Shown here: piece after piece, positions 50,579 through 59,728 of the stretch
Layout: the number at the start of each line of letters is the position of its first letter
How positions within the stretch are numbered: position 1 is the stretch's first letter
Virus record (IMG/VR): IMGVR_UViG_3300030451_006341
Coordinates: 32,001-96,000 of that record
Origin: a virus
Length of the DNA stretch: 64,000 nt
Reading direction: 5' to 3' (one strand)
Position numbers and translations under genes: made by a program
Notes under the pieces: generated by a model
Seen by the model: the letters and a program-made list of their open reading frames with translations, nothing else
The model's database searches: none
Told to the model about the DNA's origin: nothing

Positions 50579-51108
50579 TGATTGTAATATTCTCCATACT
50601 CAACCAATAATGTAGATTTGCTGTCTTCTCGTTCTAAGGCTTTTTTATAAGCAGGAAAAATATCTTCTTTATTTTCAAGTAAAACTACTTCAACATTCTC
50701 TAACAGATGTCTAAAAGCCTCTGTATGATCTTTTGTATGTTGTACCCCACCATTTAAAGGAACTTTAGCACCAATTGAAGTTCTTACGATAACACGCGGT
50801 TTAAATGTTCCACGAGTCATTTCTTCCATTTTATCTAAATGATTTACAAGTTGATTTACTGCTAGTAACAAAAAATCAAATCGTGGATAACAAGTGACTG
50901 GAACAAATCCTTCCATTGCTAGACCAATTGATAAGCCCATTTGTGTTTCTTCAAACACTGGGGTTTCTATCTTTCTTTCATTAGGAATCGTTTTTAGAGT
51001 ATTGTAAATAGAGTTGCCGCTATAAGCAACTGATTGGCCGATAAATATTGCTCTCGGGTCCTCTGCTAAAAATTCCATAGATTTTACTAAATGTTCTACG
51101 TACTTCAT
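50575..51108 (-). CDS. Truncated 2-oxoacid dehydrogenase E1-beta-like subunit (Pyr domain only)
   Basis: IETPVFEETQMG, RFDFLLLAVNQLVNH and GVQH motifs; 177 aa, no C-terminal domain; start moved to 51108. Confidence 0.75.
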   Translation of the reverse strand: MKYVEHLVKSMEFLAEDPRAIFIGQSVAYSGNSIYNTLKTIPNERKIETPVFEETQMGLSIGLAMEGFVPVTCYPRFDFLLLAVNQLVNHLDKMEEMTRGTFKPRVIVRTSIGAKVPLNGGVQHTKDHTEAFRHLLENVEVVLLENKEDIFPAYKKALEREDSKSTLLVEYGEYYNQ

Positions 51109-51116
51109 TTTTTCTC

Positions 51117-51758
51117 CTAAAATAAAATCCATTGGCCTGTGCCATGGTGAGGGTATCCTCTTTCATATGAATAATAAAAAACATCATTTGGAAAATGACT
51201 TTTAACACCATTCCACGTTTCACTAGTCGGAGTATTAGTGCTCATATCGTTATCTTCGATTACAAATTCTAACGGCAAATTATGTCTCCGAGAGTATTTA
51301 TAAGCTTCATGAAACCCGCCAGTTTCAGCAGTCATGTCTCCTACAAACACCCAAACTTTGCGGCCTGTGTTTTTTAATTTTTGTGCTTTAGCAGCACCTA
51401 ACGCAATTGGGATAACCCCACCTACAATTGAAGATGTATATAGTTTTGGTTTTTCACAATATACACTCATGCTTTTACCAGCTACAATGAGTTCCCATAA
51501 ATGTTCTTCAGGTACACCATGTAACAAAGAATGATAATGATTTCTCCATGATGAAAAAACCCAATCTTCTGGGTGAACATATTTAAAAATTTCTATCAGT
51601 TGTTCTTCGTTTCCTTTAGACATATGTACAGGTCCCGATATTGTAGCTTTCTCATACTCTTCTTTTACTCTTAATTCAAAATTTATAAGGTCTTGAGCTG
51701 TTAAGGAAACCTCTCTAGTTTCTTGAGTTTTAAATTTTTCGGGAATATATAAATTCAT
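51117..51758 (-). CDS. Short 2-oxoacid dehydrogenase E1-alpha-like ThDP-binding subunit
   Basis: PVHMSKGNEE, WRNHYH, SSIVGG and GDMTAETG..IEDN (variant GDG..N motif). Confidence 0.8.
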   Translation of the reverse strand: MNLYIPEKFKTQETREVSLTAQDLINFELRVKEEYEKATISGPVHMSKGNEEQLIEIFKYVHPEDWVFSSWRNHYHSLLHGVPEEHLWELIVAGKSMSVYCEKPKLYTSSIVGGVIPIALGAAKAQKLKNTGRKVWVFVGDMTAETGGFHEAYKYSRRHNLPLEFVIEDNDMSTNTPTSETWNGVKSHFPNDVFYYSYERGYPHHGTGQWILF

Positions 51759-51762
51759 TTTA

Positions 51763-52722
51763 TTATCCTATATTTTTTTTATACCACGCGATAGTCTTTT
51801 TTATGCCATCATCAATGGTTGTTTTTGGTTGCCAACCTAATTCAGCGTGTGCTTTTTCAGAATTAAGTGCCAACTTTGTATTAATACTTGGTTTAGTCAA
51901 ATCGTGTGTGATAGTAATATTTTTTCCAGAATGTTGAATAATTTTTTCAACAATTTCTTTTACTGAAAATGAATCACCATAGCCAACATTGTATAATTTA
52001 TACATATCTTTTTGTTTGTCAACCGCTGCTGATATAAAATCTACAACATCGTCAACATACAAAAGATCTCTTTCTGTTGAACCATCTCCCCATACAACAA
52101 TTTCTTCACCGTCATTTGCGTTCATAACTTTTGTAATTGTTGCACCAAACATGTGTGATTTTTCTAAATCGTATTTATCGTAGGGACCATACGTATTGCT
52201 ATGCCTAATAACAGTGTGTTTTGTGCGGCCCAAACCAGCAAAAAACTTAGACATTTTTTCTACATAAACTTTAGTCCAACCAACTCCAAAATACCTATCG
52301 TATATTCCTTCATCTAAGTAGAAATCTTCTTCTTTCACTGGGGAGCGATCTGGGTTATACATTACACCGCAACTTAAAAACAAAAAATGTTCAACACTAT
52401 GGTCATAGCAAGCTTGTAATATTATCGAATTCATAATTGCATTATCTGTAACATGCAAGTACGGTCTTTCTAAAATATCTTTTGAGCCAGATGTGTTTGC
52501 AGCTGCTTGAATAACAATATCAAATTTATTAGAACTGAACAGTTGTTCTGTTTGTTGACGATTAGTAAGATCAACATAATGAAAAACATCAAGTTCGTTA
52601 TCGGGCAAGCATCGTTTTAATCCGACACCATGGACTTCGTAGCCATCAGTTTTTTTAAAATGTTTTACAATGTTTCTACCCATAAAGCCTGTGGCACCAC
52701 AGACTAATACTTTTTTAAGCAT
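51763..52722 (-). CDS. NDP-sugar epimerase/reductase, GDP-L-fucose synthase-like SDR
   Basis: CGATGFMG, GWTKVYVE, NTYGPYD..SH and WGDGSTERD motifs. Confidence 0.8.
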   Translation of the reverse strand: MLKKVLVCGATGFMGRNIVKHFKKTDGYEVHGVGLKRCLPDNELDVFHYVDLTNRQQTEQLFSSNKFDIVIQAAANTSGSKDILERPYLHVTDNAIMNSIILQACYDHSVEHFLFLSCGVMYNPDRSPVKEEDFYLDEGIYDRYFGVGWTKVYVEKMSKFFAGLGRTKHTVIRHSNTYGPYDKYDLEKSHMFGATITKVMNANDGEEIVVWGDGSTERDLLYVDDVVDFISAAVDKQKDMYKLYNVGYGDSFSVKEIVEKIIQHSGKNITITHDLTKPSINTKLALNSEKAHAELGWQPKTTIDDGIKKTIAWYKKNIG

Positions 52723-53136
52723 TTATTTACTCCAACTAATTTCCCAATCTTTAAATTCTGCTGCTAAACAATCAATTTTGTAATCTTTGCGACCGCCAGC
52801 AACTTCTTGAATTTTATTTTTGGCTGTATTTCGAATACCGTTCAAACCATGAGTTAACTCAAGATTATTGCCGTCCTTAATGCCTTTGCGATAATTTGAT
52901 TCATTATGCCATATGTGTAAGTTCATTTGAGCTAATACAATAATTGCTCTAACAGTATCACTATCTAATATAACATTTTCTTCTTTAAGTGTCAAATCAA
53001 TATCGTGTAAAATATCAGAAATTTCACTACCATATTCATCTTTGTGTTCAGTAATAAACACTTCTTTTAGTTGAACAATTGATAGTCTATCAATTAACTC
53101 AGAGAGAGTTGGTAAATATTTTCTTTTTTCGTTCAT
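52723..53136 (-). CDS. All-helical protein, DUF6165/DUF4254-like; paralog of 47449-47853
   Basis: ELIDRL..QLKE..HDID..QMNLHIWHNE..HGLNGIRN. Confidence 0.6.
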   Translation of the reverse strand: MNEKRKYLPTLSELIDRLSIVQLKEVFITEHKDEYGSEISDILHDIDLTLKEENVILDSDTVRAIIVLAQMNLHIWHNESNYRKGIKDGNNLELTHGLNGIRNTAKNKIQEVAGGRKDYKIDCLAAEFKDWEISWSK

Positions 53137-53904
53137 TTAAATTTTTTCCTGATTATTAAAGTTGTTAATAAAGTCACTTAGGTTATTAATTTCTAGTTCT
53201 TTCATTGCTTTTCCTTTAGTGCCGTGATATGGATGTTCATCTCTTGGTAAAGCTTCTTGTTGTTCTCTTTCTTTTAAATGCTCATAATATGTTTCATCTT
53301 TGTCCATTTGGCCCCATTCAGCGTGCAAGTGTTTGATTTGTATTTTTTCAGTAAAAATAAATCTGTTACCATGACCACGATGCATTAAGCCTTTCATAAC
53401 ATCAGTAAGCCAATAATCGCCCCAATCACCATTAAAAATTGGCGCTAATAGATAGCCTGCTGCAGTTCTCCAGTTTTTGTGAACAAATGGAAATCCTGTA
53501 CTTTGGTTTGCTCCGCCAGATGTTTGCAATAAAATAATTTTGTCTGGATAAGTTTCATTAAATATCTCTAAAACTATCTTGTCCCAATCTTTTGAATTAT
53601 GCACTGCGTCGTCAGACATAATGTTAAATATTTCACCCTTAGCAGGTTTTGAGCACTGATTAATTAAATCAGAAAAAATAAACTTTTTTCTTGGCCAGAC
53701 AGTGTATTCGATATTATAAGTTGAAAACTCTTGTTGTAATTTTTTAGCCATCTCAATTGATTCGGTATCGTCGTCATCGATACCATATATAAGTTCTATG
53801 TGTTCTGGCTCGGCACATGTTTCAAAACATCTTTCTGCTACTCTTCTCATAAGTTGCATTCTTTTTCTAGTAGGACATAATACACTAATTTTAATATTAC
53901 TCAT
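53137..53904 (-). CDS. GT2-like (GT-A fold) glycosyltransferase
   Basis: ISVLCPTRKR, IDDDD, MSDDA..WD and IKHLH motifs. Confidence 0.7.
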   Translation of the reverse strand: MSNIKISVLCPTRKRMQLMRRVAERCFETCAEPEHIELIYGIDDDDTESIEMAKKLQQEFSTYNIEYTVWPRKKFIFSDLINQCSKPAKGEIFNIMSDDAVHNSKDWDKIVLEIFNETYPDKIILLQTSGGANQSTGFPFVHKNWRTAAGYLLAPIFNGDWGDYWLTDVMKGLMHRGHGNRFIFTEKIQIKHLHAEWGQMDKDETYYEHLKEREQQEALPRDEHPYHGTKGKAMKELEINNLSDFINNFNNQEKI

Positions 53905-55694
53905 TATTTCTCCAAATTATTTAAGAAATTCATTACACTGTCCATAATTTGATCCTCATTAGTTTGTTTGAATCTTTTGGCAATTTCATAATTGTTTTTA
54001 ACAGCGTTTATTCTATCATAATAATCTTTATCAGTCAAGTTAGATAATATATTATCTAATTCTTCTATGGTGTTAAAACAAATTATACCGTCTTTGTCAA
54101 AAAAATCACCAATGTTTGGGCAGCCTCTGAAAATAGGTATTGTGCCAAGTGCAAAACAATCAACTATGCCATCAGTAAAAAAGTTATCTTGTATTGTATT
54201 GTGTATTGTAATAGAAAAATAATAATCTTTTAACGCATCTGTTTTATTTTCAAATCTATTATTGAAAGCACCACCAAATAAATCAAATTTATATTTTGAA
54301 TGTAGTTTTTCGGCAACAGTAAACCTAAATCTATGGCCTTCCATCATTTTTTTGTTGGCTGCTATCAAAGACACTAATTTAGTTTTTTTGTGAATACCCC
54401 AATCTTCGTGAGCTACTCGACATTCTGCTTGTTGAATATGCATACAATTTGAATATTTATTTATCAATTCTTTATCGTGAGTTACAACTAAATCAAATTC
54501 AGAAGCATGTTCATAAGCTGCTCTATATGGATTTGGTTTTAATTCTTTAGGTTCGAGCAACCATGCTACTTTATATTTACTGTTAACTGCTCTAACAAGA
54601 TTAATGTTGGCAGCATAATCATCAACAAAAAATGTTACACCGTTATAGTTCATTTTGTTTTGAATAAATTCAACTTTTTGAGGTTTACCCCACATATCAA
54701 CACCAGTGGCTGTTATATATCCCCACAATTGTTTTGTGTGTGAAAACGTATTATCAAACAGATTGACTATCTCTTTGTCGGTTTTGTAAATATGATTATA
54801 TTCATTCCAATTTGTTGGGGAAGCTTCGTGTTCTGGCATTTTGCTTGGATGAAAATCAAATCCACCTAGCTCATCAAATAAAGGTACAGGGCCATTCCAT
54901 TGACCCCATTGTAATTTATTTTTGTCAACAAGCTTATTATCTATTAACTCTTTAATTGTTATAACATCTAAGCCAAGTATATTAATTTTATCTTCATGGT
55001 ATCTTGATATTGCGCCCTTATGTACCCATTTAGTAGGAAAATTAAGATAACTTGGATCTGCAATAGCAATAATTCTTTTATCTAATTGTGCAGACTTTAC
55101 AGTGCCTTGCACTTCAAAATCCCAAGGGCTCCAATCATTGTTTAAAAACTCTAATAAATACTCTTTTTCCCATATTGATGGCTGAGTAGAAATTCTATAG
55201 GGAGCGTTTTCTGGTATTTGCAAAAGCACAAAGTCGTTGCTTTTCTTTAAAACTTTATAACTTCTGTTTTTTGCAGCTGTATTGTTTCTGTCAAAAATAT
55301 TTATATAAGAATCCCAAGTTATATCGCATCTTCCAACATTGTGTGTTTTTGTAAATTCAAACAACATGTTTAAGGTTTGTAAATTTGGTTTTTGTGTTGG
55401 AAAAAAATCCTCTAATGAAAAAATCACATATTCATCTTCAATAGTTTTAAAATAATTGTAAAGATATCTTGTCCATTTTTTAGCACCACCTTCTTGTTTT
55501 TCTGCCAAAGACACAAATGTGAAATTTTCTGGCAGTTCAAACTCTGGGTGCATAAAACCAAGGATGACTACTTTTTGTTCTGAGCCCCAGAATTTTTTAA
55601 ATAAGTGAAAATAAATTTTTAGTATCCACAAGTTTTTATCACATATTGGAATAAAAATTGTTGGAATTTTAGTAGAAGTGCTCATATTATTCAT
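53904..55694 (-). CDS. Two-domain glycosyltransferase: N-terminal GT-A-like plus C-terminal GT10-like
   Basis: N-domain LEDFF..QPSIW..SPWDFE; C-domain KTDALKDYYFSITIHN..FFTDGIVDCFALGTIPIFRGCPNI. Confidence 0.65.
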   Translation of the reverse strand: MNNMSTSTKIPTIFIPICDKNLWILKIYFHLFKKFWGSEQKVVILGFMHPEFELPENFTFVSLAEKQEGGAKKWTRYLYNYFKTIEDEYVIFSLEDFFPTQKPNLQTLNMLFEFTKTHNVGRCDITWDSYINIFDRNNTAAKNRSYKVLKKSNDFVLLQIPENAPYRISTQPSIWEKEYLLEFLNNDWSPWDFEVQGTVKSAQLDKRIIAIADPSYLNFPTKWVHKGAISRYHEDKINILGLDVITIKELIDNKLVDKNKLQWGQWNGPVPLFDELGGFDFHPSKMPEHEASPTNWNEYNHIYKTDKEIVNLFDNTFSHTKQLWGYITATGVDMWGKPQKVEFIQNKMNYNGVTFFVDDYAANINLVRAVNSKYKVAWLLEPKELKPNPYRAAYEHASEFDLVVTHDKELINKYSNCMHIQQAECRVAHEDWGIHKKTKLVSLIAANKKMMEGHRFRFTVAEKLHSKYKFDLFGGAFNNRFENKTDALKDYYFSITIHNTIQDNFFTDGIVDCFALGTIPIFRGCPNIGDFFDKDGIICFNTIEELDNILSNLTDKDYYDRINAVKNNYEIAKRFKQTNEDQIMDSVMNFLNNLEK

Positions 55695-57279
55695 TTTTTT
55701 CTAGCAATATACCTTCATCACAAAAGTACAAATAATCTATATCTGTTTTTAAAAAGCACTTAATCGCATCTTCAGGTGTTTCAACAATTGGTTCTCTATC
55801 ATTAAAGCTAGTATTTAACAAAATTGGCACTTGTGTCATGTCTTTCCACTGTTTAAGAAAACCGTGAAACCATTTATTGTCTGTTTCTCTAACTGTTTGC
55901 AAGCGACCTGAACCATCATGATGTACGACAGCAGGAACTTTGTCAATTACTTCGGGTTTGAACTTAATTACAAATCCCATGTACGGACTTTCAATATCTC
56001 TAACAAACCAATTAGTTACGTCTTCTCTTAAAATAGCTGGAGCAAAGGGCCTATACCACTGGCGATGTTTAACTTTTTCATTTATAAGATCTTTCATTAG
56101 CGGAGACCTTGGATCAGCTAAAATACTTCTATTGCCAAGCGCCCTACGGCCAGATTCAGAGCCTCCAGAAAATACAGAAACAATTTTTTGATCATTTAAT
56201 TTAACTAAAACACCTGTATCATCAGTATCATGTGCAGTTACTTTATCATTAAAATTTTCTATGGCTGATAAAATTGCTTGACGGTCGTATAATTCTCCAA
56301 GATATGGAGATGCGTTTTTGTCCCATGTTATTCTAGGATTATCCAACTCTTGATGCCATACCCACTGAGCAGAACCAATTGCTAAACCAGCATCATATGG
56401 CACTGGACACATGTAAATATCTTCGTATATGTCTTTAAACCAATCAAACATTTTACCTGACATCACTGAATTTAATACCACACCGCCCGCTAAACAAAGA
56501 TTTTTTGATGGATATTGCTTAGCATACTTTAATATAATTGAGCGTACAATATCTTCAGTTACTTTTTGCATAGCCGCGGCAATATTAAACCTTTGTTCTT
56601 CTGACTCGCTGGCTAATTTTTGAAGTCTAGCAAAATCAAAATTTGTGTGCTGTATGTTACCCCCGTACGTTTTGAAATATTCATAATGCTCAGATGGATC
56701 TCCCATAACAGCCATAGCCATTACAGAGCCTGCTTGGTTTCCTTTTGGGTACCCTCCTGATAGTCCAAATATGTTTGTTGTGCACAGTTGCCACATAACA
56801 CCCAGATTTAATTTTTCTATAGGAATAATCATTATTGGTTTAATTTTGTTACCCTCACCTTTCCAAATAGTGAAAGTGGTGATTACAACATTACCATTTT
56901 TATCATAATCTCTACCACCACCATCAATAGTTACGATAAGTGCTTCATCAAAATTACTAGAAAAGAATGCATTTGCAGCATGAGATTCATGGTGTCCTGG
57001 TTCATAAAAAATTCCTGAATTTTGTTTTACAATACTTTGCATTTTATTGTAAGTTTCAGGATACCTATTTCTGATCCCACCGTTCCAATTATCAACACAA
57101 TGTGTAAAATGTTTAATTTCGTTATATTCAGCATACGTATCAAATAAAAACTCTAGTGAGTCGCCTAAAGGCTCTTTGACTCTCAGATATCTTTCAAGTT
57201 CTGCATGAATAGTTGGTACACCATTATCAAGTATTGCAAACGAGCAGTCGTGGCCCGAGCAAAGTCCTGCTATTTTCAT
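55687..57279 (-). CDS. O-carbamoyltransferase, NodU/CmcH/TobZ family
   Basis: GHDCS, ELERYLRVK, HHESHAA, IDGGG, AGGVVLN, GRRALGNRS, KHRQWYRPFAP and LNTSFN motifs. Confidence 0.9.
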   Translation of the reverse strand: MKIAGLCSGHDCSFAILDNGVPTIHAELERYLRVKEPLGDSLEFLFDTYAEYNEIKHFTHCVDNWNGGIRNRYPETYNKMQSIVKQNSGIFYEPGHHESHAANAFFSSNFDEALIVTIDGGGRDYDKNGNVVITTFTIWKGEGNKIKPIMIIPIEKLNLGVMWQLCTTNIFGLSGGYPKGNQAGSVMAMAVMGDPSEHYEYFKTYGGNIQHTNFDFARLQKLASESEEQRFNIAAAMQKVTEDIVRSIILKYAKQYPSKNLCLAGGVVLNSVMSGKMFDWFKDIYEDIYMCPVPYDAGLAIGSAQWVWHQELDNPRITWDKNASPYLGELYDRQAILSAIENFNDKVTAHDTDDTGVLVKLNDQKIVSVFSGGSESGRRALGNRSILADPRSPLMKDLINEKVKHRQWYRPFAPAILREDVTNWFVRDIESPYMGFVIKFKPEVIDKVPAVVHHDGSGRLQTVRETDNKWFHGFLKQWKDMTQVPILLNTSFNDREPIVETPEDAIKCFLKTDIDYLYFCDEGILLEKNE

Positions 57280-57280
57280 T

Positions 57281-58138
57281 TTAAATAACCTCCATTATTT
57301 CTTCAATAGAAAAATTTTCAACTTCATTAGATGCGGGCCCTTCTTCAAGAATTTTTTCATGTAAGTTTTCTCCTGGTTGTAGCCCAATATGCTTAACATT
57401 CAATGTTTTATTTTTTGGTAAATATTTTTTAGCCATTGCCTGTAAAAGATCTCCCATCTTCATAGATTTCATCTCAGGAACCCAAGGTTGACAACTATCT
57501 GCTTCTTGCAAACAAGAAAAGATAAGCTCTACCGCTTGATCACGAGTCCAAAAAAATCTTGTAGCATCTGCATCTGTAATAATAATTTGCTTTCCTTCAA
57601 GCAAAAGCTCTTTCCATTTACACAATACAGAGCCAGTTGAATATAAAACATTTCCATATCTTACAATTCTATATTTTGTATCAGGTTTTAATTTTTCATA
57701 TTGAAGAAATAGTCGCTCCATTAATAACTTGGTTGCCCCATAAACCCCACTTACTTGCGCGGCTTTATCAGTGCTAATACCAATTACAAAATCTAATTCG
57801 TTTATCAAAGATTCTTCTAATATATTTAAGCTTCCAATAACGTTTGTTTTAGTACACTCACGTGTAAAGGTTTCAGCTAAACCCACATGTTTTGATGCTG
57901 CTAAATGAAAGACAGCATTAACATTTTGCATTGCTTGTTTAATTTCAAATGCATCACAAACATCGCCAGTATAAATTTCTATACTTGGATGTTTTTGTTT
58001 TAAAGTAATTAACTTTCCTTCATTTCTACAAAATGCACGGACTCGACCACCTTGGTCTAGAATTTTTGCAGTTAACTGTTCTCCCAAAAACCCACTGGCA
58101 CCTGTGATAAGGTAAAGCTTATTTTCTTCTATAATCAT
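57281..58138 (-). CDS. UDP-N-acetylglucosamine 4,6-dehydratase-like (PseB/CapD, Polysacc_synt_2)
   Basis: TGASGFLG, AASKHV, STDKA, YGATK, RYGNV..STGSV and GENLHE motifs. Confidence 0.85.
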   Translation of the reverse strand: MIIEENKLYLITGASGFLGEQLTAKILDQGGRVRAFCRNEGKLITLKQKHPSIEIYTGDVCDAFEIKQAMQNVNAVFHLAASKHVGLAETFTRECTKTNVIGSLNILEESLINELDFVIGISTDKAAQVSGVYGATKLLMERLFLQYEKLKPDTKYRIVRYGNVLYSTGSVLCKWKELLLEGKQIIITDADATRFFWTRDQAVELIFSCLQEADSCQPWVPEMKSMKMGDLLQAMAKKYLPKNKTLNVKHIGLQPGENLHEKILEEGPASNEVENFSIEEIMEVI

Positions 58139-58890
58139 TATAATTTCTCCAGTCGATCATATCTTTTTAAAGAGCGAATATGTCTTTCATATTTTAATTG
58201 TAAATCTCTTTTATCTTTATGTTCATTTAATTCATTTAAATCATTCCAAATGTACAATATGTCTTTAACAAAATGAGCTTTTTCTCGACTCATTTCCAAA
58301 AGCGGATACATTAAACCTAAATCACCTGCAGCCTTAAAGTAACTGCCATCATCTATTATTATATCATCTTTATTGATTTTTTGCAACAATCCCATTTTAT
58401 AACTTCGTAAGTGCGAAGTGCACCATTTGTAGTCTCTGTAAAGATTATTTTCAATAACTTCAGGTGGAACAGGGCTTGAAAATTTACCTACTTGTTTGTT
58501 GGATAAATTAATGTAGCTACCGTATGTCATCCAACAATCAAATTTATTATAGTGGTCATTAAGAATTGAAAGAGTTTTTTTGCTATAAAAGAAATCATCC
58601 CCATCTAATATAACTATAATAGTATTTTTATCTAAATCATTGTTATGAATTGTAGCTGCTTCATATGCATTTCCTAATGGTCCTAAATTTTTAGCGTTTT
58701 TAACTATAGTAAATCTATCGTCATTGCCTACTAGTTTATTACATATTTCATACGAATTATCAGTTGAGGCGTCATCTGCTACCACGCAAGTAAAATTATT
58801 ATAGTCTTGAAGCATTACACTTTTAATACTTTTATCTACCCATTTAGAGGCATTATAAAAAGGCATAACAACCACAAACTTATTGTTCAT
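58138..58890 (-). CDS. GT2-family glycosyltransferase
   Basis: VVMPFYN, DDASTD and LDGDD motifs. Confidence 0.85.
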   Translation of the reverse strand: MNNKFVVVMPFYNASKWVDKSIKSVMLQDYNNFTCVVADDASTDNSYEICNKLVGNDDRFTIVKNAKNLGPLGNAYEAATIHNNDLDKNTIIVILDGDDFFYSKKTLSILNDHYNKFDCWMTYGSYINLSNKQVGKFSSPVPPEVIENNLYRDYKWCTSHLRSYKMGLLQKINKDDIIIDDGSYFKAAGDLGLMYPLLEMSREKAHFVKDILYIWNDLNELNEHKDKRDLQLKYERHIRSLKRYDRLEKL

Positions 58891-59728
58891 TTATTAGCTC
58901 CACAATTTTTTTAATTGTTTTTTCTTTGTTTTTTTTCATATAATCAATCAACTCATTTCCTTGTAGTGATATCCATTTTTCATGACATGCCCCTACATTT
59001 TTGTTTGTTATGGTGCTTACATTAAGCATGCGTGCTTCAACAACAACTCTAGATAATGTTTCAGGCGTTTTTGGTAAAAACATAAATTTTTTGTTTTTAC
59101 TTAATTGGCTTAAAAAATCAGTGTAAACATTTGATGATATTAATTCATATTCTAATTTTTTTTTCTCACAATAAAAAACACATTCTTTTGTATTTTTGTG
59201 CCAAGTGGTTGAATTTAAAATCGATATTTTATCTTTTTTAATTGTACTATCAGCTGCAAGTTTTGAAATAATATCTAAAGATTCATCAGACCACAAATTA
59301 CCAGAAACATTATAAACATTATTAATGCTTAAATTTTTTTCGATTATGTTTTTGTGAAACGAACTTTGACAAAATACAGATTTTGCTTTTTTATAAAATT
59401 CTTTGTGAACTATATGATGCTCAGGGGCTTTAAAATTTTTATAGGCTGCTGGGTTTCTGTTTTTAAGATACTTGTGGTCGTGTTCATAAATAATATATTT
59501 GCAATTTTGTGTTATGTACTCAAGCACGTTATAATTTAAGTTTACAAAATTAGAAATTATAATAAAATCATTTTTTTTGCAATCATAAATTGTTACAGTG
59601 TGAGATCTTTTTTTATTTATAGTATATTTTTTTTTAAATAATTGATTGCACAATTCAGCATCATTTAATTCACCGCCACCTATTATGTCAACGTCTAACA
59701 GATCAGCTATATACAATACGTTATTCAT
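58880..59728 (-). CDS. GT-B fold glycosyltransferase (GT4-like, short)
   Basis: GGGELND, YEHDHKY and PETLSRVVVEARML motifs. Confidence 0.65.
   Translation of the reverse strand: MNNVLYIADLLDVDIIGGGELNDAELCNQLFKKKYTINKKRSHTVTIYDCKKNDFIIISNFVNLNYNVLEYITQNCKYIIYEHDHKYLKNRNPAAYKNFKAPEHHIVHKEFYKKAKSVFCQSSFHKNIIEKNLSINNVYNVSGNLWSDESLDIISKLAADSTIKKDKISILNSTTWHKNTKECVFYCEKKKLEYELISSNVYTDFLSQLSKNKKFMFLPKTPETLSRVVVEARMLNVSTITNKNVGACHEKWISLQGNELIDYMKKNKEKTIKKIVELINEQ

Noticed and set aside
7907-51223. Short alternative-frame - strand ORFs (7907, 15005, 15578, 20582, 25307, 25958, 26882, 38977, 51020)
   Set aside because: Nested in other frames of real genes. The QDKLAAT repeat in 15005-15256 is only the 21-bp repeat read out of frame.
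48838-51758. Pyruvate dehydrogenase and pentose-phosphate auxiliary metabolic genes
   Set aside because: E1 subunits are truncated, E2/E3 are absent and the neighbours are NDP-sugar enzymes.
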